A stretch of DNA of 64,000 bases from an uncultured Armatimonadetes bacterium. GTDB taxonomy: Bacteria; Armatimonadota; UBA5829; DTJY01. Below the pieces are notes generated by a model. The model was given only the letters and a program-made list of their open reading frames with translations. It was not told the DNA's origin and ran no database searches. The stretch's first letter is position 1; each line of letters starts with the position of its first letter. The stretch lies in contig OY970325.1 in NCBI GenBank assembly GCA_963717145.1, positions 4,352,001-4,416,000 on the forward strand. Reading direction: 5' to 3'. The position numbers were made by a program, and so were the translations under genes. Positions 10,753 through 20,447 of this stretch are shown here, one piece after another.

Positions 10753-11403
10753 TCACCTCATGCAGGCGGCCCGCAGGGAAGCGATCGCCGCCTCAGGGCC
10801 GCTGGGGTTATCGAAAACGAACGATCCCGCCACCAGCACATTCGCTCCAGCGGCGACGATCTGCGCGCAGGTATCGAGGTTCACGCCGCCGTCGACGTAG
10901 ATGTCGAGTTCGGGGGCCATCGCACGGGCCTCCGCGATCTTCGAGAACATCGCCGGGATGAACTCCTGGCCGCCGAATCCGGGGTTGACCGTCATGATGA
11001 GCAGCATGTCGATGTCGCCGATCACATTCTCGATTGTGCAGAGCGGCGTATGAGGGTTGAGTGAGACACCCGCCAGCGCGCCTGCCTCCTTGATCTGCTG
11101 GATCGTGCGGTGCAGGTGCGGGCACGTTTCGACGTGCACGGTGACCGAGTCGCATCCGGCATCGACGAACTCGCACAGAATCTGCTCCGGGTGCTCGATC
11201 ATCAGGTGGCCGTCGAGCCGGAGTGTCGTCTTGTCCCTCACGCTTCGGACCACCAGCGGCCCGAACGTGATGTTCGGCACGAAACGGCCGTCCATGATGT
11301 CGAGATGCAGGCAGTCGGCTCCTGCGGCCGTTACGATTCGGACGTCACGCTCCAGGTTGCTGAAATCGGCCGAGAGCAATGACGGAGCGATCTGAAATCT
11401 CAT
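10753..11403 (-). CDS. rpe: Ribulose-phosphate 3-epimerase
   Basis: IAPSLLSADF, HLDIMDG.FVPN, MTVNPGFGGQ, VDGG. Confidence 0.97.
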   Translation of the reverse strand: MRFQIAPSLLSADFSNLERDVRIVTAAGADCLHLDIMDGRFVPNITFGPLVVRSVRDKTTLRLDGHLMIEHPEQILCEFVDAGCDSVTVHVETCPHLHRTIQQIKEAGALAGVSLNPHTPLCTIENVIGDIDMLLIMTVNPGFGGQEFIPAMFSKIAEARAMAPELDIYVDGGVNLDTCAQIVAAGANVLVAGSFVFDNPSGPEAAIASLRAACMR

Positions 11404-13095
11404 TTCTTCAGCTCCTCGATCAGCTTGTCGTCTATGTAGATGCGGATGGTAACCTGCTTGCCCAGGCCCTGTACCGATTGCCTGATCACGTCGCCCGGGT
11501 GGCCGATGTCCGAGTAGACGACATTCTCGCCATAGTCATCGACCACGGTGATCTGCACCATCTGATTGTCGCGGCCTGAGGGCACCTCGAACTTCACGTT
11601 GAACGTTCGCGGCTGAGCGGTTGCATCCGTGTTGTCGGTCGGAGGCTCAGGCGGGGTGAAGACCTCCTCGGTCGGCTTCTGGCCGAGACTGATGATGAGT
11701 TCGACCGGATCGCCGCGCATCAGACGGGTGCCCGGGACGGGCGATTGCCTGATGATTCTGCCCGTCTCGATGGTGTCGCTGTACTCCTGCGTCAGTTCGC
11801 CGACCACCAATCCCTCGTCCATGAGCCGCTTGCGGGCGGTCTCCTCGGGAAGTGTGCTCAGCCTGGGGACCAGGGCGTACTTCGATCCCTTGCTTACCCA
11901 TATTTCCACAGTCTTCCCGGATTTGATCGTTCGCCCGGGACCCGGATTCGCGTAGTAGAACCACGCCCTGATCGTACTTCTCGTTGAACTCCTCGGTCTT
12001 GACAACCAGAGTGATATGGACCTTCCTGGCCATCGTCTGCGCAGTGATAAGGTCCTTGCCGATGATATCGGGCACGACAGCTTCGCCTGGGTTCATCCAG
12101 ACGTATGCGACCATCGCCGTTGCGATCACCGCTATGACGGCGACCGCAACGATGAGCGTCTTGCGCAGGACTGAAAGCACAGCCGGCGCATCTTCCTCGA
12201 AGTCATCGTCGACGGCGATCGGCTCGGGTGTCTTCTTCTCAGTCGTCGGCGTCCAAGTCTGCGGCCTGGACAGGTTGAGTCCGTCCCGCACAGATTTCAG
12301 GTCGTTGAGCATCGCCTTGGCCGAGCGGAACCTGCTGTCAGGCTCCTTCTGCAGTGCCTTGGTGATCAGCGTCTCGAACGCCTTGGGCACCCCCGGATTG
12401 GCCGCTCGAATCGAAGGAATCGGGTCCTTGGCGTGCTTCAGGGCAATCGAGATCGGCGTGTCGGAGTCGTAAGGGACGCTCCCCGTCAGCAACTCGTAGA
12501 GAATGATGCCGAGCGAGTAGATATCGGATGCCGGGCTCGCCGCGACTCCTTCGGCGACTTCGGGCGCCATGTAGTGGACCGACCGCATCATCGCGCTGGT
12601 CCGGATCGCCTGTGATGAACTGACCGCGTTGCCCACCCAGAAGTCGGTAAGCTTGATGTAGCCCTCGGGGGTGACGAGTATGTTGCCGGGCCTGAGGTCG
12701 CTGTTGGTGAACCCGCGCTTGTGCGCGAAATCGAGGGCGTCGCAGATGGCGATTCCGACATCGACCGCGGTCGCGAGGCTGAATGGCGCGTTCCGTCGAA
12801 TGCGCTCCTTCAGGTCGACGCCGCGAACGTATTCGACTACGACGAAATAGCTGCCGTCTTCCTCGCCGGCATCGTAGACATCGGCGATACCGGGGTGCGA
12901 GATCCCCGCCATCGCCTGGGCCTCCACGAGTATCCGCTCCGCGAACATGCGGTTCGAGGCATACTGTGGGAGCAGTACCTTGACGGCCACGACCCGGTTG
13001 TCGATCTTGTCCTCGGCCTTATAGACGGTGAAGAGACTGCCCTCACCGATCTTCTCCTGCACCTCATATCGGTGCTTGAACACCGTTCCGGTCAA
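11400..13095 (-). CDS. pknB: PASTA-domain Ser/Thr protein kinase (PknB/PrkC type), split by a 1-nt frameshift near 11960
   Basis: Hanks kinase motifs (VAVK, DLRPGN, YMAPE), TM, then PASTA repeats continuing in ORF 11400-12005. Confidence 0.85.
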
Positions 13096-13212
13096 GTAAT
13101 CCTACTCCTACTCAGTTACAGCGTGGTCATGTAGTGGCCGTGCCTCTGTGCCGGCCATCCGACCTCGCAGGCCGGCACAGAGGCACGGCCACTACATGAC
13201 CACGTCTGCCGT

Positions 13213-13407
13213 CTAGCCTTTCCGATCGCGAAACCACTTCACCGCCCTGACGCCCGATACCGCCGCCAGGAGCGCGAGCATCGCCCAGTATGTATACGTC
13301 AGATCGAGGCGCGATGTGCCGAAGTACCTGTCCACGAACTGAACAGCCACGATCATCAACCACACCGACGCCGCGATTTCGATTGCCAGATCACCGAGTT
13401 TGCGCAT
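13213..13407 (-). CDS. Small 2-TM hypothetical protein
   Basis: 64 aa, two hydrophobic helices; co-oriented within the operon. Confidence 0.55.
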   Translation of the reverse strand: MRKLGDLAIEIAASVWLMIVAVQFVDRYFGTSRLDLTYTYWAMLALLAAVSGVRAVKWFRDRKG

Positions 13408-13419
13408 CTATGTGTGTCC

Positions 13420-13476
13420 GTAGGGGAGGCCTTCAACGGCCTCCCGTTCGGGCGGGCGTAGAAGCACCGCCCCTAC
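13420..13476. repeat. GTAG-type REP-like element, family C (GTAGGGGAGG(G/C)CTTCAACG(G/C)CCTCCC); also at 19490-19566, 26585-26612 (intragenic) and 39003-39060
   Basis: Four related copies read directly. Confidence 0.85.
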
Positions 13477-14594
13477 GGTTTCAGCGTCTCTTGCTTCTTG
13501 AGCGCCTGGGCGATCAACTCCGGCGTCACATCTTCTGAGACGACCGCCGAGCCGATCTCGTTCACCAGTACGAACCGAAGCTTCCCGTGCGCTACCTTTT
13601 TGTCGAGCTTCATCGCCTGGATGACGGCCTCGGGACTGATTCCCTCGGGCGGCCGATGGGGCAGGCCGGCGCGCCGCAGCAGCTCCACGATCCGCCAGGT
13701 AATCGAGTCATCCAGCAAGCCCATCTCCTGAGAGATGAACGCCGATGTCACCATCCCGATCGCCACCCCCTCGCCGTGGAGCAGCCGCTTGTACCCGGTG
13801 AGCGACTCGACCGCGTGGCCGACTGTGTGCCCAAAGTTGAGGATCGCCCGCAGCCCGGATTCCCGCTCGTCCTGCGTCACGACGGACGCCTTGAGTTCGA
13901 CCGAGCGCTGGACCACATGCCTCAGCGGCTCGGCGTCCAGGCTCATTATGGCGGGCAGATTCTGCTCCAGATAAGCGTAATAGCCACTGTCGAGGATTAT
14001 ACCATGTTTGATGACCTCGGCCAACCCGGACCGATACTGGGACTTGGGGAGTGTGCGCAGAGTCCCAGTGTCGGCGAGCACGATCTTCGGCTGATAGAAT
14101 GCGCCGACGAGGTTCTTGCCCCGGGGGAGATCGACGCCGACCTTCCCGCCGACGCTCGCATCGACCTGAGCAAGGAGTGAGGTCGGCATCTGCACGAAGT
14201 CGATGCCGCGCAGATAGGTGGCCGCGACGAAGCCGGCCAGGTCGCCGACGACTCCTCCGCCGAGGCCGATCACCATGCCGGTCCGGTCGATCCGATGGTC
14301 GAGCATCTTCTCGTAGACGCCTCGGACGGTGCTGAGCGTCTTGTAACGCTCGCCCGCCGGGATCATGATGACGTGTCCGGTGATCCCGGCGGATTGGAGG
14401 CTCTCCACGACGCGTTCGGCATACAGCTTCCCGATGCGGGGGTTGGTCACGATGGCCGCAACCCGCGCCGTCGACGCGCCCGAAACCAGCTCGCCCGCCC
14501 GATCGAGGACTCCCTCCCCGACGTGTACGTCGTAGCTTCTCTCAGCAAGGCTGACGTGTACCAAACTCATACTCATACTCCTACTCATACTCAA
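13473..14594 (-). CDS. aroB: 3-dehydroquinate synthase
   Basis: GGGVVGD, PTSLLAQVDASVGGK, LNFGHT, LLHGE; exact start blurred by an ATGAGT repeat. Confidence 0.96.
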   Translation of the reverse strand: MSMSRSMSMSLVHVSLAERSYDVHVGEGVLDRAGELVSGASTARVAAIVTNPRIGKLYAERVVESLQSAGITGHVIMIPAGERYKTLSTVRGVYEKMLDHRIDRTGMVIGLGGGVVGDLAGFVAATYLRGIDFVQMPTSLLAQVDASVGGKVGVDLPRGKNLVGAFYQPKIVLADTGTLRTLPKSQYRSGLAEVIKHGIILDSGYYAYLEQNLPAIMSLDAEPLRHVVQRSVELKASVVTQDERESGLRAILNFGHTVGHAVESLTGYKRLLHGEGVAIGMVTSAFISQEMGLLDDSITWRIVELLRRAGLPHRPPEGISPEAVIQAMKLDKKVAHGKLRFVLVNEIGSAVVSEDVTPELIAQALKKQETLKP

Positions 14595-14600
14595 AACGGG

Positions 14601-15770
14601 TCAGCGACTGCCCGCACTTCCCTGCAGCAGCTTCACTATCCGTTTGTTGCCATATTTGTTAGCCAGATCCAGCGCCGTCCGGCCTTTATTATCCGTAATG
14701 GTAACATCCGCTCCACTGGAGAGCAACAGGCGGACCACGCCGGAGTGGTTGTGCCCCGTCGGTCCCCATCCGGTGGCCTCATGCAGCGGAGTCTGTCCCC
14801 GTCTGTTGCGGGCGTTCACATCGGCTCCGGCGGCAATCAGAAACCTCGCCACCCCGACCTGATTCTCTGACATCGCTCCGTGTAGCGGCGTGTCACCGCG
14901 CTTGTCTTTGGCGTTGACCTTCGCCCCTGACCGAATCAACAGAGCGACCACCGCTGTCAGGCCGGATACCGCAGGATAATACAGCGGCGGGTGTCCATAG
15001 CCGTTCCTCGCATTCGGATCAGCGCCATGCTTGATGAGGATTCTGATGATCGCCTTGTCAACGTGGACGACGGCTGTATGCAGCGCGGTGTCACCTTCAT
15101 CATTGTGGGCATTAGGATCCGCCTCCAGTCCAAGCACGAACTCTACTGCACCCTTTCGCTTCGATTCCACCATCGCCTGAAGCGGGGTGTACTGGTGCCC
15201 GTCCGCTGAGCTGATGTCTGCGCCTTGAGCCAGCAGGTTCTCAGCCATCACCCGGTCGCACAGCCCCGCTGCGACCCAGATGTCGGGCACTGCTCCCTTC
15301 GATAGGAGCAACTTCACAGTATCCTTGTATCCGTGAAACGCAGCATGATGGACCGGCATCCAGCCTTCCTCATCCGGAGCATTCACTTCGAGGCCGGAGT
15401 CGATCAGTATCTCCGCCACCTGTGTGCTGCCGAACCGAGCAGCTACGTGCAGCAGAGTTCCCTCCCAGCCGAACTCGCGCCGGGAGTCCGCGCCCTTCTC
15501 GATCAGAAGCCTGGCGACCTCTGGACAGTTGTGGAGCGCTGCCTCGTGCAGAGGCGTCTCCTCGTAGTCGTTCAGTGCCTCGATATCTGTTCCCTTGGCT
15601 ATCAGGAGGTCAGCCATGTCGCGTTCATCGTGTTCTGAGGCGATGTGCAAGAGCGTGAGCCCGGACTCATCCCGGGCATTCACGTCTCCGCCCTCGGACA
15701 GCCCGCGCCTGATAGTCTCAATGTCGCCGCGATATGCCGCGGTAACAAGATCAATCATCGGCCTTGTCAC
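14601..15770 (-). CDS. Ankyrin-repeat protein
   Basis: Many TPLH/TALH..GADVNA repeats. Confidence 0.92.
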   Translation of the reverse strand: MTRPMIDLVTAAYRGDIETIRRGLSEGGDVNARDESGLTLLHIASEHDERDMADLLIAKGTDIEALNDYEETPLHEAALHNCPEVARLLIEKGADSRREFGWEGTLLHVAARFGSTQVAEILIDSGLEVNAPDEEGWMPVHHAAFHGYKDTVKLLLSKGAVPDIWVAAGLCDRVMAENLLAQGADISSADGHQYTPLQAMVESKRKGAVEFVLGLEADPNAHNDEGDTALHTAVVHVDKAIIRILIKHGADPNARNGYGHPPLYYPAVSGLTAVVALLIRSGAKVNAKDKRGDTPLHGAMSENQVGVARFLIAAGADVNARNRRGQTPLHEATGWGPTGHNHSGVVRLLLSSGADVTITDNKGRTALDLANKYGNKRIVKLLQGSAGSR

Positions 15771-16371
15771 TCCTCGTGCTGCCCGTCAAGCCCATGACTT
15801 TCGTGTAATGATAGCCGAGGTCCTCGTCGATAGGGAGCGTGATCCTGCCAAAGAATGAATGCGCTCCGGTGTGGACGTTCTCCTTCGGCACGGTCTTGTT
15901 GAACGTGGTGTCCTCCTCGGGGGAGAGCACGCCCTCCAGGCGCACTGACGTGCCCCACTCCTTGTCGTCTTTGAACTCCCACTTGCCTGTGTTCGTGATC
16001 ATCTCGCCGTTCCTGCGCAAGTAGACCTGGAGATACGTGCCATCCGGCTTGAGCGCCAGGGTCTCGAATCCGCCGACCGCGCCGAACGTGTCATAGCGCG
16101 CCTCGTAGATGCCGACCACGTCGCTCCTGGGTATGTGCTGGTCGATCAGTGGTTTGAGGGCCAACAGCGCAGCATATCGAGCCGTCAGCAACGCCAGGCC
16201 GAACAAGACGCCGAAACCGACAAGCCACACGAGGGCGGCGACGATCGAGAACCGCCACGACTTCTTCAAGGCCCGCGCGAGGACCGTAACCGCAATCGCG
16301 ACGATCAGCGCGAAGATGCACGCGCCCAGAACGAAGACCGCAAAGGCAAAGAAGGGTAGTGCGAACTCCAC
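15751..16371 (-). CDS. Hypothetical membrane-anchored protein with a C-terminal beta-rich domain
   Basis: Two N-terminal TM segments; ETLALKPDGTY..NTGKW; coupled to its neighbours. Confidence 0.65.
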   Translation of the reverse strand: MEFALPFFAFAVFVLGACIFALIVAIAVTVLARALKKSWRFSIVAALVWLVGFGVLFGLALLTARYAALLALKPLIDQHIPRSDVVGIYEARYDTFGAVGGFETLALKPDGTYLQVYLRRNGEMITNTGKWEFKDDKEWGTSVRLEGVLSPEEDTTFNKTVPKENVHTGAHSFFGRITLPIDEDLGYHYTKVMGLTGSTRSDKADD

Positions 16372-16374
16372 GGG

Positions 16375-16758
16375 CTAACCTCCTTCGGGCGCTGTTTCCC
16401 CAGGCTGCGTCTGAGGTGTTCTCCAGATGTACAGATACCAGTACACCGGCAGCGCGAGCACGTTTCCCACGACTAACAGACCGATCCAGAGAGCCTTGCG
16501 GCTTCTTGTCGCCCAGCTCCAACTCGCGATCTCCCGGATGTACAGCACCATGAGCGCTATCACTATCCCTACCGTGGCCAGGTAGATCAACACCAGGATT
16601 GTCCCGAACGCCATCATTTCCGGTGACACGGATGAGCCCGGAAATGCCAGAATCATGCCAACATTGCCGAATACCCCGTAGAAAAGGAAGCACCATACGA
16701 GCGGCCAGATGGAAACCAGCCCCAAATCGATCTTGGTTGTTCTCGGCGTGCTGTTCAC
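16375..16758 (-). CDS. Hypothetical membrane protein with a PLDc_N-like C-terminal segment
   Basis: RKALWIGLLVVGNVLALPVYWYLYIWR. Confidence 0.6.
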   Translation of the reverse strand: MNSTPRTTKIDLGLVSIWPLVWCFLFYGVFGNVGMILAFPGSSVSPEMMAFGTILVLIYLATVGIVIALMVLYIREIASWSWATRSRKALWIGLLVVGNVLALPVYWYLYIWRTPQTQPGETAPEGG

Positions 16759-16853
16759 TCGGACGCCCCCCTACTGCAGTCTCATACAGCGATGGAGTGG
16801 CAGAACACCCCACCACTCCATCTCTCCAATACTCCATCACCCCGCCGGACCGA

Positions 16854-17270
16854 TCATTCCAGCCGGTCGAGTGGCTTCAGACCCGCATCACGCGCGGCGG
16901 CCTCGATCGCCTCGAGGTTATCGCCCTTGACGACGAACACCGCGCGCTTGCCCCGCTCGAGGATGCACCCGTAGGCGTCGGTCACGTTCAACTGCGCCTT
17001 CTCGATCGCCTTCGAGAGCGTCACGAGCGCGCCCGGCTTGTCGGGGATCTCGATGCACGCGACCGGATTGAGCGCGGCGGCGATCCCTGCGCCCGAGAGG
17101 ATATCCTTGGCGCGCGCGGGCTCGGCGGTCAGTATCTTCAGGACCCCGAACTGCCCCTCGTCGGCGAGTTCGAGCGCCAGGATGTCGATCCCCGCCTGCC
17201 CGAGCAGCTCGGCCACCCGCGACAGCTTGCCCGGCTTGTTCTCAACGAAAACCCGCACCTCGTTGTACAT
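16854..17270 (-). CDS. ACT-domain protein (paaK-associated type)
   Basis: VFVENKPGKL and IPDKPGAL tandem ACT repeats. Confidence 0.9.
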   Translation of the reverse strand: MYNEVRVFVENKPGKLSRVAELLGQAGIDILALELADEGQFGVLKILTAEPARAKDILSGAGIAAALNPVACIEIPDKPGALVTLSKAIEKAQLNVTDAYGCILERGKRAVFVVKGDNLEAIEAAARDAGLKPLDRLE

Positions 17271-17302
17271 GGCGATCCTCCTGTCTTGGAGCGCGGTGGC
17301 TT

Positions 17303-17359
17303 GTAGGAGCAGCTTCCTAGCTGCGATCCGCTCCTTCGCAGCTAGGAAGCTGCTCCTAC
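17303..17359. repeat. GTAG-type REP-like inverted pair, family D
   Basis: gtaggagcagcttcctagctgcga...tcgcagctaggaagctgctcctac. Confidence 0.85.
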
Positions 17360-17364
17360 AAAGA

Positions 17365-18684
17365 TCATGTCCGTTCGTCGATGACGCGCTTGGCCTTGCC
17401 CTCGCTCGCGGGCAGGCTGCCCGGCTCGGCGATCTCGATGTTGACGGTGAAGCCGACCTGCTCCCTGAGCTGCCTGCCGAGTTCCGCGCGCAGGTCGCGC
17501 AGGTGCTCGATCGAGCCGTCGAACTCCGACTTCGCGATCTCGACCTTCACCGTCATCTGGTCGAGCGATTCCTTCTTGCCGAGGCAGATGACGTAGTTCC
17601 CGCCGAGCCACTTGTGCCGCATCAGGACTTCCTCGATCTGGCTCGGGAAGACGTTCACGCCGCGGATGATCAGCATATCGTCCGAGCGGCCTACGAACCT
17701 CGCCAGTCGCGCATGTGCCCGCCCGCAGGGACACCCGTCACTCATGACGCGCGTCAGGTCGCGGGTCCGGTAGCGGATGATCGGCATCGCGGTCCGGCGG
17801 AGCGTGGTCATGACCAGCTCGCCGACCTCTCCGGGCTTGACCGGCTGCAGCGTCTCCGGGTTGATGATCTCGACGAGATACGAGTCCTCCCAGATGTGCA
17901 TACCGTCCTGCTGCTCGCACTCGAACGCCACGCCCGGGCCGTTCATCTCGCTCAGCCCGTAGCTGTTGAACACCTTGAAGCCGTAGAGGTCCTGGAGCTT
18001 GAGGCGCATCTCCTCGGTGTACGGCTCGGCCCCGAGCGCCGCGATCTTGAATCCCGAGGGATCGGGGGTCGTCGCCCTCCTGGACCATTCGCTCGGCGAC
18101 GTGCATGGCGTAGCTCGGTGTCGCGTGGATGACGGTGACGTGGAAGTCGCGGATGAGCGTGATCTGGCGCGCGGTGTTCCCCGCGCCGGCCGGGATGATC
18201 CACATCCCGAGCCGCTCGGCGCCGTAGTGCAGTCCGAGGCCGCCGGTGAAGAGGCCGTAGCCGCTCATGTTCTGGAAGACGTCGTGCGGGCGAGCGCCGG
18301 CCATCGTGGAGGCATCGGGCCATCAGCTCGGCCCAGTTGTCGACGTCCTCGCGCGTGTGGAAGATGGCGGTCGGCTTGCCGGTCGTGCCGCTCGAGGTGT
18401 GCATGCGGATGATCTCCTCGGGCGCGACGGAGAGCATCCCGGTGGGATAGCTGAGCCTGAGGTCGTCCTTGGATGGTCAACGGCAGTCGGGCGGCATCAT
18501 CGAGCGACTCTGATGTCCCCCGGCTCGACGCCGACTTCCTTGAGCTTCGATGCGTACCACGGCGACTTCTTCGCCTGCTCGACGATCGCTTGAGCGCCTC
18601 GACCTGCCAGTCGGTCAACTCATCGCGCGACATCCGCTCGAAGCGCCCACCGATTCTCTCGTCCAGCTGTTCCGTCGTGATCAT
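17365..18684 (-). CDS. paaK: Phenylacetate-CoA ligase-like enzyme, broken by several frameshifts
   Basis: HTSSGTTGKP, GYGLFTGGLG, YGLSEMNGPG, RYRTRD and GRSDDMLIIRGVNVFP spread over ORFs 17365-18009, 17738-18304, 17952-18437 and 18265-18735. Confidence 0.8.
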
Positions 18685-18688
18685 GCTG

Positions 18689-19093
18689 TTACCTGATGAA
18701 CTTGATCGGGCATATCCCTTGCTGCTGGACAGCATCGAACTCGTGGTGATCAGCGGTCACTACCTCTCCGCCAACTCGCAAGGCAAGGGACAAGCAGAAG
18801 CAATCGGCAAGTGAGATCCGTCGCAAAGTAACCTTGTATCCGCCAGCCAATTGCCAGAAGTCTGGATCCATATCGTCTCGAACCGCTAGTGGCATCTCGA
18901 TCAGTTCCGTTATGATCCGTTTTGCCGCCTGTTCATCGTTCGTTCTCATGTAGTCATAGTACACTTCGCAGAGATTGACGGCATGGACGAAACAGGTGTT
19001 AGAGGGATCGTCGATCATGCGAGTCACTGATCGACCTCCGGGCTCATTCTGGACTATTGCGATCAGAGCATTGGCATCCAGGACGAGGTTCAT
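18689..19093 (-). CDS. PIN-domain (VapC-like) toxin
   Basis: VLDANALIA, VNLCEVYY, ISLADCFCL, VVTADH.EF. Confidence 0.9.
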   Translation of the reverse strand: MNLVLDANALIAIVQNEPGGRSVTRMIDDPSNTCFVHAVNLCEVYYDYMRTNDEQAAKRIITELIEMPLAVRDDMDPDFWQLAGGYKVTLRRISLADCFCLSLALRVGGEVVTADHHEFDAVQQQGICPIKFIR

Positions 19094-19424
19094 GCAGCCT
19101 CATCCTCAGGCTTGCGGAGAGCTCGGATGATCCTCTTCCCACCTGCGCTCTTCCTCGTCGGTCTCTTCGTGTTTCTCACGCATAATGTCGTCAAGAGTCC
19201 GACCAGGTCTCGGGTACTTGCCCAGGAGCGAGAGGGCGCTCCGCGTAGCCGGCTTCACAGGCGATGATCCACCTGCAAAGCTGGTCGAGCGCCTGCTCAG
19301 GTATCCGATAGATGCGTCCGATCTTGCGCCCGGGAATGCGTCCCTGCTTGATCCATGTCCTGATGGTATTCGGCTTGACCTGCAACTTGTCCGCCGCCTG
19401 CTCCACGGTCATCATACTGGTCAT
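19090..19424 (-). CDS. Excisionase-type HTH antitoxin, apparently frameshifted near 19278
   Basis: MTVEQAADKL..TIRTWIKQGRIPG.KIG..YRI; an alternative frame continues SALSLLGKYPRPGRTLDDIMREKHEE, resembling an antitoxin tail. Confidence 0.75.
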
Positions 19425-19443
19425 GATCGCTCACCTCAAGCCC

Positions 19444-19490
19444 ATTATACCACCAAACACCACTAAACGCAACTAAACAACACTAAACCG
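19444..19490 (-). promoter_or_regulatory. TA promoter: -10 TATAAT plus four phased 10-bp direct repeats
   Basis: attata 19444-19449; caccaaacac/cactaaacgc/aactaaacaa/cactaaaccg. Confidence 0.7.
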
Positions 19491-19562
19491 TAGGGGAGGG
19501 CTTCAACGCCCTCCCGTTGGAGGTCTGCGATACCCACCCAGGGAGGGCGTTGAAGCCCTCCC

Positions 19563-20142
19563 CTACGGCTTGCCGTGCAACGCCTTCAGCACCCACGCCA
19601 TGTTCCGGCCGAGGGTCGCCATCGTTCGAAGGCCCTCCTCGTCGGACTCGACCGCGCCGGCCTCACGCCCGATGCCGATGTTCCAGTAGCTCGACCCGGG
19701 GACGATCATCTCCTGGATGAAGAAGAAGTGATTGAGCGTGTCGAAAGGTATGCATCGCGCCCGCACGCCGGACCGCCACGATCGCCGCGCCGACCTTCCG
19801 CCGGTACATGCCCTCGTTCGCCCGCCCGACGAATCCCGCGCGGTCGATCAGCGCCTTCATCTCGGAGGTCACATCGGAGAAATACGTCGGCGACGCGAGG
19901 ATGATTCCGTCGGCCTCGACCATCTTGTCGATCACCGGGTTGAGGTCGTCCTTGAAGGCGCACTGCTGGTCGATGTTCTCGAAGCACTTGTAGCAGGCGA
20001 TGCACCCGTGGATGCTCTTGCCTGCGAACTGGACCATCTCCGTCTCGATGCCCTCAGCCTCGAGTTCCTTGAACGCAGTCCGGATCAGGATGGCCGTATT
20101 CCCATCCTTCCGCGCGCTTCCGTTGACTGCTAAGACCTTCAT
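19563..20142 (-). CDS. Iron-sulfur flavoprotein / multimeric flavodoxin, frameshifted near 19750-19765
   Basis: [25 protein letters not shown]-terminus [12 protein letters not shown] in a second frame. Confidence 0.85.
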
Positions 20143-20153
20143 GGGTTGCCTCG

Positions 20154-20405
20154 TCATCGAATAGTGTTGATGATATGTTGGGCTGCGTAGTAATCCGATA
20201 TCAACCGGCCGAGGTAGGCTCCCAAGCCTCCTCCCAATCCACCGGCGATTGCACCCAGCCAACGCTTACGCCTCAACTGCTGCTCTTCGGGCAAGCGGCT
20301 ATACCACAGTGCCCGTAACGTGTAGTAGGCGAGAAGGGCAACAGTGAATCCGATACCAAAGCTTGCCAGTATACCGACCAGAGTCTCCATGCTCCACTCT
20401 CTCAT
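20154..20405 (-). CDS. Small 2-TM hypothetical protein
   Basis: 83 aa, two hydrophobic segments; co-oriented within the operon. Confidence 0.55.
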   Translation of the reverse strand: MREWSMETLVGILASFGIGFTVALLAYYTLRALWYSRLPEEQQLRRKRWLGAIAGGLGGGLGAYLGRLISDYYAAQHIINTIR

Positions 20406-20447
20406 TACCGTCTCGCACTGCGACGTTTCCGGGTCGCACTCTGCAGT

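Noticed and set aside
19191-19424. Prophage or ICE excisionase
   Set aside because: No integrase, att site or phage genes nearby; coupling to a PIN gene fits a TA antitoxin
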